Below, piece by piece: positions 26,856-41,289 of a DNA stretch of 64,000 nucleotides. Numbering within the stretch: the stretch's first letter is position 1; every line of letters starts with the position of its first letter. Location: NCBI RefSeq assembly GCF_001194135.2, contig NC_068981.1, positions 178,065,035 through 178,129,034 on the forward strand, given 5' to 3'. The stretch is from Octopus bimaculoides (lineage: Eukaryota). The notes under the pieces were generated by a model. It did no database searches. It worked only from the letters and a program-made list of their open reading frames with translations, and was not told the DNA's origin. The position numbers and the translations under genes were made by a program.

Positions 26856-28151
26856 GCGATTGCCTTAGGCCTTTGGGTGTCTATTTACAAAGTCTATTTG
26901 CAAACAGCTGAGCTTTTATTCCAGTCTAAGGATAATTTGCTTCAACCAGTCTCAGAGGTCTTGTAAAGAGTCATGGGCAATGCTCTTTCTTCCTCTGACT
27001 AAACCATGACAAAAAAGAAAACCTGTTTGAAATTAAACAAGGTAAGATTGTAGAAGGAAAAAACTTTGAAAATTCTTATTTACATCTATTCAAGCATTTT
27101 AATATTTGACAAAGAATGCGACTAAAATATTTTTTTAATATATGATGTTCTCATGAACATCACAGAAAATAAGCTTTCAATAAAATGCAAGCGAAGATTT
27201 CAAAAATATATACATAAAAACCAGCCACAAAAAAATATAAATATAAATGAATCTGTATTTAAAAAACAAGTTTGATGAAGTTATTCTAGTAAATGAAATT
27301 TTACTATGATATACAATATATGGGTAAAGAAATTCTTTTTGATTTTCTTTCTTTTTTTTTTTTCAATTCTATTCAGTGCAAAAAAATCAAGTAGGTAGAT
27401 TGCAAAATTAGACTAATGTCTGAAAACCAGTGGTCAAATATTAAACCAGTTAACTTAGTTTGTTGACTGCATCTAACAAGCCAGATATCAAATTATTAAT
27501 AATCTGAACACTTTCTGAGTTATTTTACAAAATCCGCAATAACTAGTTTCCATACTTCTTTCTTTCTTTCTTTCATTCCTTGAGTAGCTCTGCTTTCAAT
27601 GATTAGCATAATATTGCAGCCTACTAAAATATATGCATATACAAAATATATACTTCAATCATGAATTTTCATAACTTTTTTCTATTTGTAAAAACCTCTG
27701 CCAACTGATCAAAGCAGGTTTAAGAAAACTATGCTTTGTAGATGAGGACAGCAAAACAAAAACACAAAAAGAAAAATGAAATATGTTCATAGCTGTTAAC
27801 TTGCTTGCCAACAAAGAACATATTCTCCCCTAAGTACGAAAATTCAATTTCGTGTTAAATTAATTGTTAGTTTCTTAAAATTATCTCCCCTTTTCTTTGT
27901 GCCCATCATTCAGTACATCACCATCTGTCTGAATTAATTTAATAGCAGCTGAATTTGAAGAAAACATAATCCTAGAGCTACATTAACAAATTAATGCAAA
28001 CAACAACATAAGCAGATAACTGTCTTTGAAAGAGCAAGCTAATCTGCAAAATCTATTTATTCACTCAAGAACCATATTGGGTGCAAGGATGAAAAACACT
28101 TTCAGCACTTAAAAGAAAAAAGGATAGATAGATAGAGAGAGAGAAAGAGAG

Positions 28152-28215
<64 letters not shown>

Positions 28216-31200
28216 GCCCACAAAATTCCTGCTCTTCTTAACCTTAAAAAGTAAATATTCCACACCACTCTAAAACTATTCATGATATGTCCATAGATTT
28301 TTGCTCTCTTACTGTTGGTGCTATTATCAATATTTCAGCTGAAACTGCCATACAGCATTTATCCATTAGCATTTTATCATTCTTTTATTTTGACTTACAT
28401 CTTTTACAATACTTGGTATTACTTCCTTTAGGACTTCAGTAGACTGAAAGTTTATGCCAGCTTTGTTTTCAATATCAAACAAGTATCAATCGCTTTTAAT
28501 AACTCTGGCTGGGGTTTTTTTATGTCCATTGGCTTCTCTCAGTCTTCTTTACAGGTGATAATCTTGGTAAAATAATCTTGTTATCAAAAATATAACAATT
28601 TTATACAAACACTAGATGGAAAGGTTGAAGGGCTGAAGATGAAAGTTACATGTTAAGTTAATGTGGATTCTTTGTCATGAAAACAAGTTTGAGCACCACC
28701 ACCAACACCACAATTCTGCATGTTTCATATGCTGGCATGAGTTAAAGGGTTTGGCATGCTCCATCCCATCTTGCATGTATGTGTATGTGCACACGTGTGC
28801 ACACACACACAAACACAGAGCAACAGAGAAAATAAATCAGCTTTGGTGTTGTGGACTTGGTGTATTTTGTTGTGCTCCTGACACAAGAGAGATTGTCCAA
28901 GCGAGGAGGATTACAGACTCCTCTTTATCCTGTATCAATACTAATGCAAAGTTAGTACCCTCCTTAGCTGGTTCTTACTTGGAGTTGCTGCTCTCTGAGA
29001 CAGGCTGCCTGCACTACAATATACAATGTCTGTCTCCACCACTTTTAGGCATAATTTTGCAGTCAGTTGCCCTTAATTGGAATCTCTACCACTCTACGTG
29101 GACTATGGTCTGTTCAAGAGTTCTCAAAAGCAGAGCATAAGGCTGTTAAACTATGTAAGTAGATGGAGAGATACTACAGTGGTATTTTTTGAGTTAAGCA
29201 TGAAGTTATCTCCATGATATATGTTGGGATGGGTAGTTAACAGGACAATTTACTGTTCTAGAAAAAAAGAAGAGTGTCATACAAAGGAAACTTATTGTCC
29301 CAAACAGTGGCTAGGTGGGTATTATATAGCTGTCAGGCTATAGAAGTAAAATTAGTTTTTCATTTTTACCCAAGGATACAAAGATCACTAGCAGTAGCTG
29401 GACAAACTGTTAAATACAGCTAAGTATATACAGGGAGGGTGCTGGCAGCAGTGGTCTGAAGCTGACTTCATGATTTGGTGAGCTTTCTTACCTTGGTCAT
29501 CCAACTTCATAAGGGCATCTTTACAATGGCTGGGAGGTCATATACTATGACACATTTAGGTGTTTGTCTACTGAGGAACTAAAAGTAGAAGACTATGACC
29601 ACTGGGTTTTAAAGTTCTGTTCTAGAGGCAGTTAGGAGTGATGTTATAGAGGTAGTCTAAGAATGAGACTGTCTCAATGGTGCTATATAGTTTAGCTACA
29701 AAGGAAGTATATGCTGATAAGCATTATGGAAATTGGTGGTGAGAATAAGTATACCGCCAGGAAAAGAAAGAAAACCTTGGGTCCTGTAACATATGAACTA
29801 AAAGTATTTGTCAATGCCAAGGACATGGATAAACTTTCTATACATATTTGAATTGTTCAGAAAGAAAGCACATGTTCATCAGTTTTGTAACAGATGAACT
29901 GAAATTATTTGTTGATGTCAATGAACTTAATTTTTTCGTTTCCTTATTTTATACTTTGTGACTATCTTTAATCCTAATATTCTAACACACTTTGGGGGTT
30001 CATAGTAGAATTAAGCACTTTTACCACTTATTAAGCCAGAGAGGGACATATTCTTCGTAATCAACTTCTGCCTGACTAGAAAATATATTGTACATTTCAC
30101 TATGTAGAATATAACTGTGATGCACACACACACAATCATACATATAAAATGAGGCAAAAAAAAAAAAAAAATTCATGAACTGATATAAAATTTGATGATA
30201 GTAGTTTTAACCAGTCTCTTAAAGAAGTAGAACTTAAAAAATCTACTGNNNNNNNNNNTTAAAAACTGTTAATTTCATCAGGATCTCTAAGAAAATTTCC
30301 TGCCATTTTGCAAAAGGAATGCATAAATGGATATTTATCTTGCCACCTTATCTTTTTCCAGTTGTCACTTCCCTATTAATTTCATCGAATTCATTATGTT
30401 TATTTTTTTCGATTTTAACATTTTCCATCATATTATTATATAACTCAACTGAGACTTTATTGTCACTAGATTTAATAGCAGATAACAGGTTTTGCTCAGA
30501 TGCAGTGATGATACAAGTTAATTGATTATTGTAAACATCCAGAATCACTTTAGTTTTGTGGAAGAAAGGATGAGAAGAGATATAAACAATTGGCATAGCA
30601 AACATTGATTAGCTAGATACTAAAATTAAGCAGCATGAAATAGTTTGAAAAATTCATTTTAAGTGTCATGTTGTCAGTGTCAGCTGAACTACAAACCAGA
30701 GTGTGTTTATCAGGTTAGAGCAGTATTACACAATAAGAAAAAAGGTTAGCTAATGAAGGCAGCCTATAAAAAAAAATGGATTGTGAATGTGAGACAAGTG
30801 AGTTGGGAGGTGGGCAGTTATGCATGAACAAGGATGTTTGTGAAGTGGGGGGGGGGGACAATAAATAATAAAAGAATTATGACATGTTACGTGATATAAA
30901 TTATTTGAATATCAACAAATAAAACTAGGTAAGAAATATGAGGTTCAGTATACTACAGAAAAGAATCAAAATCTAACAAGCTAAAAAAAAAAAAAAAGAA
31001 GAATGAGGCTGCAACAGATAGTTCAGCAGACCTTTCACTTACGCAAGATTAACTTGATGCAAGGGTTCCTCTTTTACTTTACACTTACTGAAGAAGCAAG
31101 TCAATTAACCTTTGACAATTACAAATGTTGTAGGGTATACAATTTTGACAAAAGTTAATGTCTTTTGGCTCCTTGACAAGATAAGATTTTTGTCTCATAT

Positions 31201-31768
31201 TTTTCTAGTATATAATGAACAGTAATAGTCCAATCAGAAATATACCCTGACTATAGAACTATTTCATCATTAAAGAGACTATATTCATAAATATCCTCTC
31301 AGTTGACACCACCTCACCACCACCCCTGAAGACTTCAGCCATCTGTTAGCAAATTAAATAAAACAAGATGATTGAGGAGCAGTTTCAAAAATGAAAGAAA
31401 AAAAACAGAATCTTTTTTTTTAATATGATTTGATTGAGTTTAACAGATTGTAAAGACTAAGCATATAAACAGATAGCAACTTCACCAGGTTATGTGGTTG
31501 GAAACAAAACAAAAAGAAAATAAACAAACAACATAGACTACTTTTGTTCTGCACAAAGAAAAGCAGTAAATATGACACTCATACTGGCCATCAATATAAT
31601 CATAATAAAATATCAATCTATTTGCTTTTTACAACTGGAGAATGCTAAAAGGGATTTTTAATTGTATCTCTTTAAGGATCAGTTATACCAGCACATTCTT
31701 TTTTTGTTTTTTGATAACATTTCTTAACCAAAATCATAACAAAACTACTGTTTTATCTTCTCAGGAAT

Positions 31769-32156
31769 TGTTGTTGTTGGCACTCCGTCGCTTATGACGT
31801 TGAGGGTTCCAGTTGATCCGATCAACGGAACAGCCTGCTTGTGTAATTAACGTGCAAGTGGCCGAGCACTCCACAGACACGTGTACCCTTAATGTAGTTC
31901 TCGGGGATATTCAGCGTGACACAGTGTGACAAGGCTGACCCTTTGAATTACAGGCACAACAGAAACAGGAAGTAAGAGTGAGACAAAGTTGTGGTGGAAG
32001 AGTACAGCAGGGTTCGCCACCACCCCCTGCCGGAGCCTCGTGGAGCTTTAGGTGTTTTCGCTCAATAAACACTCACAACGCCAGGTCTGGGAATTGAAAC
32101 CACGATCCTATGACCGCGAGTCCACAGCCCTAACCACTGGGCCATTGCGCCTCCAC
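31769..32156 (-). mobile_element. Full-length tRNA-derived SINE with (AAC)n tail and 12-bp TSD CTTCTCAGGAAT
   Basis: A box TGGCCCAGTGG and B-box-like GGTTTCAATTCC; TSD at 31757-31768 and 32157-32168. Confidence 0.9.
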
Positions 32157-33017
32157 CTTCTCAGGAATAACCATCTACAAAACCAAACCTTTATTAAATC
32201 TTTTATTCATCATAGCACCATTTAAAAATCTATACCATTAGTCTGTGAATAGTACAAATTTATAACAAAGATTTTAGCCACATACTATCTGTATGGTATT
32301 TTTACAAAGCATTTCAAGATTTAGATCTTTTTTGTTTATGTTTGTTTTAAACCAGGAACAAAGGAAAATCAATATTTTTCTTAACAGCTAAATCATTGCT
32401 ATTTTTAGACGTATGAAATGTATCTGTGAAAATCAAATCAATAAAGAATATAATCTTCTGTAGAAGATAAATATGCTGGATTAAGGGAGAAGGAAAAAAA
32501 ATAAGACCACCAAAAAAAAAAAAAAGATACAGAAAAGCTAAATCTAATGCATAACAAATATCTCTGGTCTAAATATTTAGAAATAATTTAGTGAGCTTGA
32601 TCTTTAGATGAGAATAAGACTTTCATATTAACATGAAAAACCAATGGATGTCTGTCTGTCATGTATCATTTCTAGATGGTTGACTTTCTTAGAACAGCAC
32701 TATTCACTCAATACTGGTAAAATATTTTCATAAACAATAATATTTCTTAGTCAATCAACTAAGAATTTATCTACAGAATTTTCTTTGACCTTGTCACACA
32801 GGTTATTTCCTAATCAAGCATTTTACAATAATATTTTTCACACATCAAGCATTTTCCAAATACCTCGCTTTCAATGATAATTTTTCCCAGTTCTCTTTTA
32901 ACTAGATTTCCCCCAGAACTTTTTAAATGTTCTTATGCGCACATGTCCCCAACATACACTACATCTCTTCATTGTCATTTTCATACCTGATAACGGTAGC
33001 TAAATCAAGTTACTTAC

Positions 33018-33080
33018 CTGCTTGATACATTGCAGTCTGTCATTGTTCTGAGCAATGTGCCTTTCCATCTCATTCATCAT
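33018..33080 (-). CDS. ZMIZ1: First coding segment of zinc finger MIZ domain-containing protein 1 (ZMIZ1/tonalli orthologue): [21 protein letters not shown], followed by a phase-0 intron
   Basis: Manual translation resembles the human ZMIZ1 N-terminus [20 protein letters not shown] (from memory). Start context gccATG, in-frame TAA 27 nt upstream, strong donor CAG|GTAAGT at 33017. The next conserved exon (about HLQNPANF...WCGDPRAFQ) was not found in the window. Confidence 0.9.
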
Positions 33081-33189
33081 GGCTGGTCTCAGAGTATAGC
33101 TTAGTTAGCAGTCATGAAAAACCTGGGTTATACATTGGCATTCAATCCAATATTTACTAGAGAGGATGTTAGCCACTCTACAAGGGTAA
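33018..33189 (-). other. ZMIZ1: ZMIZ1 exon (172 nt: 109 nt 5'UTR plus 63 nt CDS)
   Basis: Acceptor atgttttatttctctttcag| (intron ends 33190) and donor cag|gtaagt; contains the start codon and two short uORFs. Confidence 0.88.
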
Positions 33190-33733
33190 CTGAAAGAGAA
33201 ATAAAACATAAAACTAAATAAATGATCATACAAAACAAACAAAAAAAATGTAAATCATACTTTTAGTCACAATTTTAACGTTTTTTTAACTCTTTTACTT
33301 GTTTCATCATAAAACTGTATTTATGCTGCAGTACCAGCGTCAATAGTTTTAGCCATTTATATTGACTCCAAGTACTTAGTCAGGTACATATACTATCAAT
33401 AGCTATTTATCAAATGGTTAAGTTCATCTGAATTATGATTCTTGAAAGAGTTACTCACTTTTACATACTTTAATACCATAAGTCATATTCACACACATAC
33501 ACACACTATATGATGGGCCTCTGCAGATTTCGTCTACTATATTTCACTCAACCCGAGACAATAACATAGGACGCTTGCTAAAGTACCATGTGGTAGGGCT
33601 GGACCCAGAACCAAATGGCTGTACAGCGAATTTCTTAAATCACATAGCCATGATTGCATTTATATATACTAAATGAAAACAAAAACAAACATGCATGCAT
33701 TAATCAAAAAATAAAACTGAATTATGTACACAC

Positions 33734-33776
<43 letters not shown>

Positions 33777-33795
33777 ATACACACATATACTTACA

Positions 33796-33828
<33 letters not shown>

Positions 33829-34089
33829 NNNNNNNNNNNNNNNNNNNNNNNNNNNNNNNNNNNNNNNNNNNNNNNNNNNNNNNNNNNNNNNNNNNNNNNN
33901 NNNNNNNNNNNNNNNNNNNNNNNNNNNNNNNNNNNNNNNNNNNNNNNNNNNNNNNNNNNNNNNNNNNNNNNNNNNNNNNNNNNNNNNNNNNNNNNNNNNN
34001 NNNNNNNNNNNNNNNNNNNNNNNNNNNNNNNNNNNNNNNNNNNNNNNNNNNNNNNNNNNNNNNNNNNNNNNNNNNNNNNNNNNNNNTCT

Positions 34090-35500
34090 CGTGTAAAATT
34101 CATACCCAAAAGTTTTCGCAATTGTCTATATGGTCAGGGGAAAAAGGTTTTCAATTTAGTTTGTATTTAGCAAAATTTCACTTACTTATGATTTGATTTT
34201 ATTAAATTTTCATTGAATAAAAATAATATCTGTTTAACAGGTATCACATTGAAAGCTATTGAATTACGAAGTGTTTGTGTTGTTTATGATAAACTTTATT
34301 TTACATTTCTTGCCCACAAGAGATTATGTCTCATCTTTAGCATATTGCTGTATGTCTTCTCAACTCACGATCACAGGAAAAGTTGTTAATAATTCTTATC
34401 AACAAAAACAAAGATGATAAATATGCACAAGTGTTGCAAAATAAGTTTAATTACGAATAAACATCAACTTGGATGACACTTTACTCAACCAATAGAAGAA
34501 GGTGACTGATAAAACTGATTATGTAAACAGAATTCTGATTGGTCGAAAGTGTCTTCTTGTCTCAAGCTCTGATTTTCTACCTATTCTAGCCAGAACCTTT
34601 GATATTGAGTATCGAAGTGTTAATCCCTTTCACACTTATAAAATGTCAAGCAAACTTTAAAATTTGTCATTACTGTTTTAGCCAGGAGACCAAACTGATA
34701 GTTTGGTAACCTGCTAAAATAAACATTAAAAATCGAAAGGAGAAAACAGCTTTGCAAGTTTACCTCAGTGTCTATTGAACACGAGAGATGCGAAATTTAA
34801 GAAGTGACTTGTTAGAATATACATGTCTGTGAGGAGACATAAACAAGAATAGCAAAAATCTACTATACCAAAAGAACTGGTAATACATACATTACAAGTG
34901 TTCTATGAAGAGAACATAAGATTGCTGCATAATACAACATGAATGTGAAATGACATTAAACATTGTATAAGGCAAATGAAAGTTTCTGTAGGAACACTGT
35001 GCGATATTCATTTAGTGAGTTTACATGCGCAAGGACGAATTATGATGTCTTTGTCGATGTTAGATGCAGTAAGAGCTGATAGTGGCAATATTGGCGGTGA
35101 GGCATTGTCGTAATGTGGAGAAAGCGAGCAGATAGCTTCCTGGTACAAACGCAAGCTAGATTCCTAAACGGAGAAAAACCGATCTATTTAAGAAAATTGC
35201 TGGGCTCCATTGCGATAAGTAGAAACTCCAAGCAATGAAAAATATGGCCCGGACCATGATTACCAGAACGAATGTCAAACTTCAAAAAGTAGTTAACCAT
35301 TTAATGGTTTTAGTAAATTTATACAGAAAAAGTAAGCATTATACCGTCCAGCATAAATAAAAGTCAACTCCATTATATTTTTTCTGTAAAAACCTATTCT
35401 GACATTAAATGAGTCAACTTCCCGTAAGTCATTTTTCAACAAAAAAAAAATTTCTAAAAAAATACTGGAAAGTTTAGTTTTGTTTTTGCGAAAAAAAGTG
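34090..35500 (-). promoter_or_regulatory. CpG-retaining putative promoter region of ZMIZ1 with opposed CCAAT boxes (34489-34493 plus, 34538-34542 minus) and an AP-1 site TGAGTCA (35410-35416)
   Basis: About 13 CpGs in 34981-35300 of non-repeat DNA, against a strongly CpG-poor background; GACCAATCAG fits the NF-Y consensus; donor-like sites at 34368 and 34763. Confidence 0.5.
34369..34470 (-). other. ZMIZ1: Candidate alternative first (5'UTR) exon of ZMIZ1; 5' end approximate
   Basis: Donor atc|GTGAGT at 34368, 1.2 kb upstream of the coding exon and just downstream of two CCAAT boxes. An acceptor ttttag/cag at 34711-34716 could instead make this a ~345-nt internal exon. Confidence 0.4.
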
Positions 35501-37052
35501 CATAAATTACATGTGTATACTAGGTGCTTACATTAGTTTAACAGAGAATCTATTAGGAAATGACACAGAATTCACCAAATAGTTTGTAATTATGTGATTC
35601 CAGATTCAATCCCATAGTGTGAAGTTTTAGGCAAGTGTCATTTACCACAGGCTCAAGTCAACCCTAACCTTGTAAGGATCTGAAAAGAACCAAAAAGCCT
35701 AGTCAGACACTGTCACAAAGGATTCTCCTTGAAAATTACATTAATAGTATGCATGCCCATGGAACTTAGTCACTTATAGGCTAATCCAGTGAGTGATCTC
35801 ACTGATCAGTAATTGGAGCACTCAATGTGGAAACTGAAAAGAGAGCCATTTATAGTTTAAAATCCTTAATCAGCAAGAGTTCAGAAAAGAACTTTTGATA
35901 TGAACAGGAAAACACACACACACACGTGCGCGTGCGCACAACGTGCCAATTCCATTTTATAGTTCAATTATCAGTTATATAATGAAATATAGTCAGAGAA
36001 CTATAAGCAGTCTTACAACTGTTTCTTTACTTCTCTCAGCCGTAACATAGATTAAAAATAATTTTATAGAGATTGTTGATATTTTCGTAAACATCAAGGA
36101 GAAAGTGAAGAGGGTTAACTTTCTATAACTTTAAGTGGATGACAGACAAATTTCCCTGAGCTAGAATGTTAAAGTACTACACTTAAAAATTTCGCAAGAA
36201 ATTCTTTTATGTATTACTGTCCAACAATTGAGAAGACACAATGATTTGCATGTGTATTCATAATACATTCTGGCAGATTCAAACACAAATATGTGAGTTG
36301 CTGGTGTACGTCACAGGAGATAAACTTCACTTTTCTTTAATGACAATGTGTTCATAACAGAACAACTCATTTTTTAAACTTAGAAGACAAAATCACAAGA
36401 ATATCTGCAACAGGATTGAACCCTTAATTCAAATACAAATCATTCAACACCTTTATCTATTTGGCCATTTCATCACTAAGCAGAAGAAATACCAAGCCTA
36501 AAGCATCTGTTCCAAGAAAACAAGCAAATGTCTAAAGTTGCCAGCTCATCTTAATCTAGCTACTCACAATTGAATGTCTCCCTAATGTAATTTTGGCAAT
36601 GTTCAGAATGACACTATGTGTACAATATATTGAACAGCAGAACACAAAACAGTAATTTATTTCTGATTTGCCAGAGAGATATCATTTTCCCAGCTATTTA
36701 GAAGCAATTGATCCAGCCATGTGAAAACATTCCGTAAATTTAATGATTTCATTCTTAAGTTCTTACAGCCTTTCATATATTAATAAATTTCATAAATATT
36801 ACTAATAGTGAAAAAGCATTCTCGAAAATTTATTTTCTCTAAATTGGATAGTTAGCAAGAATTCTATCATTTGTGCTTCTTTAGTAACTGGACATAACAT
36901 AATGGCAATCAAACTATTTCAAATTTCTATAATCTATAATCTGCAGTTCTTCATTTGGCTATAACCATCAGAAGTAGGTAATACATGCACCAGCATGACC
37001 GCAGCCACTTGGCTGAAACACATAAATAAATNNNNNNNNNNAGGTAATACAT

Positions 37053-37125
<73 letters not shown>

Positions 37126-38628
37126 ATGTATATTTTTTAATTCCTACAAGTTATTCAAGTTTTGGAACAATAACCTCAGCCTTTGATAAATTAATATTGT
37201 TCTCTATGTTCACCTTCTCGTACAAAAATTATTTAAGAAATTATAACAATAAAACACAGATTTAAATTATCTGTATCATACATAGTAAGTCACATGTCTT
37301 GTTTTACAAATCAAATTAGGAACATCAAAACAAAAGAAGGCCTTGTCCTTTACAACCAGTATATATAACAAACCATTTACACTACAATGTTTTAAACTAT
37401 GCTTATTCTATGCTTATTTTATAACTACTATCACAGTAGCCATTTACAGGAAACTTTCCTTGTACATTATTCTAATGTTTCTCTAATCATATAGCCACTT
37501 TTACTATATAGACATTCAAAAAGAAAAAGGCCATACCCAACCCAGATATCATCCCAAATCCCAGTCTGATCTCTCCAGTGTTTTGATCTGGTTTCTTTCA
37601 ATTATTTTTCTTTCCTCACATGATTTACACAAGATAGAATTTAATAACATGAATTCAACTTTGCTTAGATGCCTCCCAAATCCAAATAGTAACATATACA
37701 GAATAATAGAATAACACAATAAAAAGCAATAAAAACAGAAAATTAAGTATAGATTTTGGCTCAAAGCCAAAAAGGACAAATAATAATTTTAGCAACAAGT
37801 TAGTAGTAGAAGATTCTGACAACATTTTACACAGAAGTAATCAGTAGAATAAAGACACCCCCAGTGACAAACATTATCTGTTATACCCAGTTTTTGTTTT
37901 TAATCAGCTAAAAATAGTTTTAAAATCCTTTCTTAAACAAAAGCTCTTTTATTTATCAAAAGTTAAAGTGATAGTATGAAGTTAACAGTCATGTATGTAT
38001 GTTACAAGTGCATACCAACAAATGTGTCCATTGAAATAAGATTACTAACACAATTAAGAGACCAATGTTTACAATACTGCAAATTCTAAAAATTTCAACT
38101 AATAAACTACTGTTCACAGAGATCCTCCCAAATTACATATTTGATTACAGTTGGGGAAAAAATACTGAGAAATGTCAACAATAAAAATAAGGGTGGGTCA
38201 TATTATTCATTTTCTGCTAAAGGTGACTTTGGCAACTCGTTCCTCCTGCTGTAGCAACAAAAGTACCAGTAACAAATGTATATATATAAAAGGAAACAAC
38301 TGGGGGTTGAGTCTGTTGATCACGTTCATGCCAAGGCCACATACTAATGTCCCACTTTGCCTATCCAACCAGAACTGAAACTATTCAATAACAACTAACA
38401 TAGCAGCTATAATGAATAATGAAATACCTGGCTCAATGCAGTGGTTGAAATAGGAACAGGATATATGTGAAAAATAAATAAATAAATGTCCTAAAAAAAT
38501 AGAAAGAACAGTATAGCTATTATATACAATATAATATACAAAACAGAATTATGCTTTTCCGCATTAAAAAGGCCTGGAAACAGCCAAAAGATAAGAATAT
38601 GTACCAATGACTAAGTTACTTGAATTGT

Positions 38629-38672
<44 letters not shown>

Positions 38673-39349
38673 TACTAAAAATCATTTCATGATTAGATTC
38701 TTAAAATGAATTATACTTCATCCAGAAGAGATACTTTGTAAATTTATTAAAATCAGCATAAGTTGTCTTCTAGTTTTCATATAAAGTATTTTGACTTAAG
38801 GAAAAACTTGGGATGAGGTATTCAAGTAAAAAATTAATAAACTTAGATCCTATGGATAAGAAGGAAAAGACTGCTTTCTGTAACCTCACCCAAGCTATGC
38901 CAGGATGGATGCTAAAATGATTATCATTATCTAGCTTATAAGTCCACATGGTGTGCAGATTTTAAGCTAGCTCCTGTGGAGGGCTAATTAGGCCAGTGGC
39001 CCAAAACTGAAGACAGCTAAATAGCACAACTGCAATATGTCTATAATGACTATATGCCCGGTGGGGTTTGATCATAGGTTAAGGATGGATGAGAATTAAT
39101 TCTGTAATGCAATTATTCTATTGTTCCAGTCCCAAATTGAATTCCAACTGTTGGCTAATTTGTCCCAAAGTTCTTATCTTAATGTAAAATTAATGAAGCA
39201 AATATCATTTATCTCCCCCTTGATCTCTGCCGTCATCTGACAAAGACCAACCAAGATGGCATGAAACAGCCATGCTTTACCTGCTAGAAATAGCAACCCA
39301 AGTACTTTTAAATCAGATTCCAAAGCTGGATGTTTAAGAGCCAAATGGA

Positions 39350-39915
39350 TAACAACAACAATAAATGCCCTGATGCAGTACCAGACAGTGGCTCTCATGG
39401 CTTCTGATCTTAACTGATTGGAAGTGTTATCATGTACATGTTTTGTCTTGGTATAAAAGATAGGCTACAACAAATATTCTGCTCAATACCACAGATTTGC
39501 TTGTCACTTGTTTGATCTTAACCAGTTGAGCATGTACCTTGGTGGTTGACGATACGTGCATCTCTGATCATGAGCAGAAGTAGTGGAGGAGCATCATAGC
39601 CATGTGTTCAGAGGAATTCTTTGGTGTTTCAATAATTCACCTCTGGAAACATGGGTGTTTCATTCAACATCCTTAAATAACCCTTATTCAGGGACCTTTA
39701 GAGCGGGATGGGTTACTCAATGTGAAGAAAATTCTAAACCCCACCTTCAAGGTCATGCACTGTTTACCTTGATATGAGATCACCATGTTGCGCACATATG
39801 ATTGTGATGCATGTGCCTGGTGTACCCTTATCAGACGGGTAGTCATGATGGGTACACTGGGCTTTGTATATTTTACCCCAGTGTCTCTTTGATGGCATGC
39901 ATTGCTCTCTTACTC
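39350..39915 (+). mobile_element. Putative interspersed retroposon ending in (GAT)n
   Basis: GC-shifted 560-bp block with a simple-repeat tail; single copy here, family not assigned. Confidence 0.35.
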
Positions 39916-41289
39916 AATGATGATGATGATGATGTATTTAGATTGGTAGAAATGGTAGAAAGTCAGATTAAATGCCAAACAGTATTTAGTTTCACCACTC
40001 TACATCTCAGTCCTCTCTAAATTTCAATCTTACTGGGATTGATGTGGCCTTTTATTCCTCCAGCTTTGATAAACTGAGCAAGTCTAACAGTTGCTCAATC
40101 TACTAGAAAACAAAGAAATGAAATACAAAAACTAAACAAAGTCCCTGATATACAAAAAGCTGGGATGATCAATGATCATGGCTGAATCCCTTTGATCATA
40201 GGTTCGTTCAATTAGGACTGACTGAGGATTAAACAACAACAACAACGACCATTAATGTAATTGTTTATATATCTCATCAAGAATCTTATAACCTTGTGCC
40301 AATGTAAAAATATATTTTATATCATAACTATAGATTTTATCCAAATTTTTGACAGTAACAACTGGTCATTCACCCATGTTTCTCAAAGTGTATACAACAT
40401 TACTTTATTAATAGTGATGAAGTTAATGCTAATTTATTTCATAGCATGTGTGGAGAGATGGGGGGAGAGTGTGTGCATATGTGTACGCATTCACATATAC
40501 TTCTTATCTACTGAATACAGTTATCTCCAGTGTTCACTCAGAAGGTATTGTCCATCTGCATTACATGTCCATATCAAATTAGCTACTTCTTTTGCATACA
40601 ATTTCAGTCTAGCTAATTTCTCACCAAATTTGCACTGTCCATTCTATGCTAGATAACATTACTCATCCTAAAAACCATACATAACTAATCACTATCATTG
40701 TCTCGACAAATCTCTGTTCAGCATTTTTGCAGTATCATACTCATAAGAAATATTACATTTTTTTGTTTTTCTTTCAATTCTCTTCTTCTCAGTTGGAAAA
40801 CAAGACTTAAATAATACGACACCATGCAGACCAGTCCTCAGCAACTTTCTACACTTTGTTCCATGTAAGATGTATTTCTCTCAACTCATCTTCAACTATT
40901 CCACACTTAGTGTTTTTCGATTGTCCAGGCTTTCATTTTTCAGATGGTCTCTATCTTAATATTGCTTATCAAGCTGTCCTGTCCATTGTGAGTGACTAGC
41001 CTAACTACCTGAGCCACCAGTCTTTTATTTCAAAGATTATATTACTTGTAACAGTTTGGAGATACAGCTCTTCATTTGAGACTAGCTAGACTAGAGGAAG
41101 CAGGAAATTTTCATAAAGCACCAAATGGGGAAAGCTTTTAAATCATTCATATTTCCCTTTACCATTTACCAGTATTCTGAGCAATACACCGGGACAGATT
41201 TTACATCATTGCTATTACAGAGTCCAACCTTAGTCCAAACTAAAGATCTGCTAGTGATAGTTAAGCTTAGTCCTAAGGTTGTATTGTCT

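Noticed and set aside
29492-29578. 87-nt exon-like segment with AAG|GTAAGA donor
   Set aside because: All frames are closed, and it lies in probable decayed TE sequence
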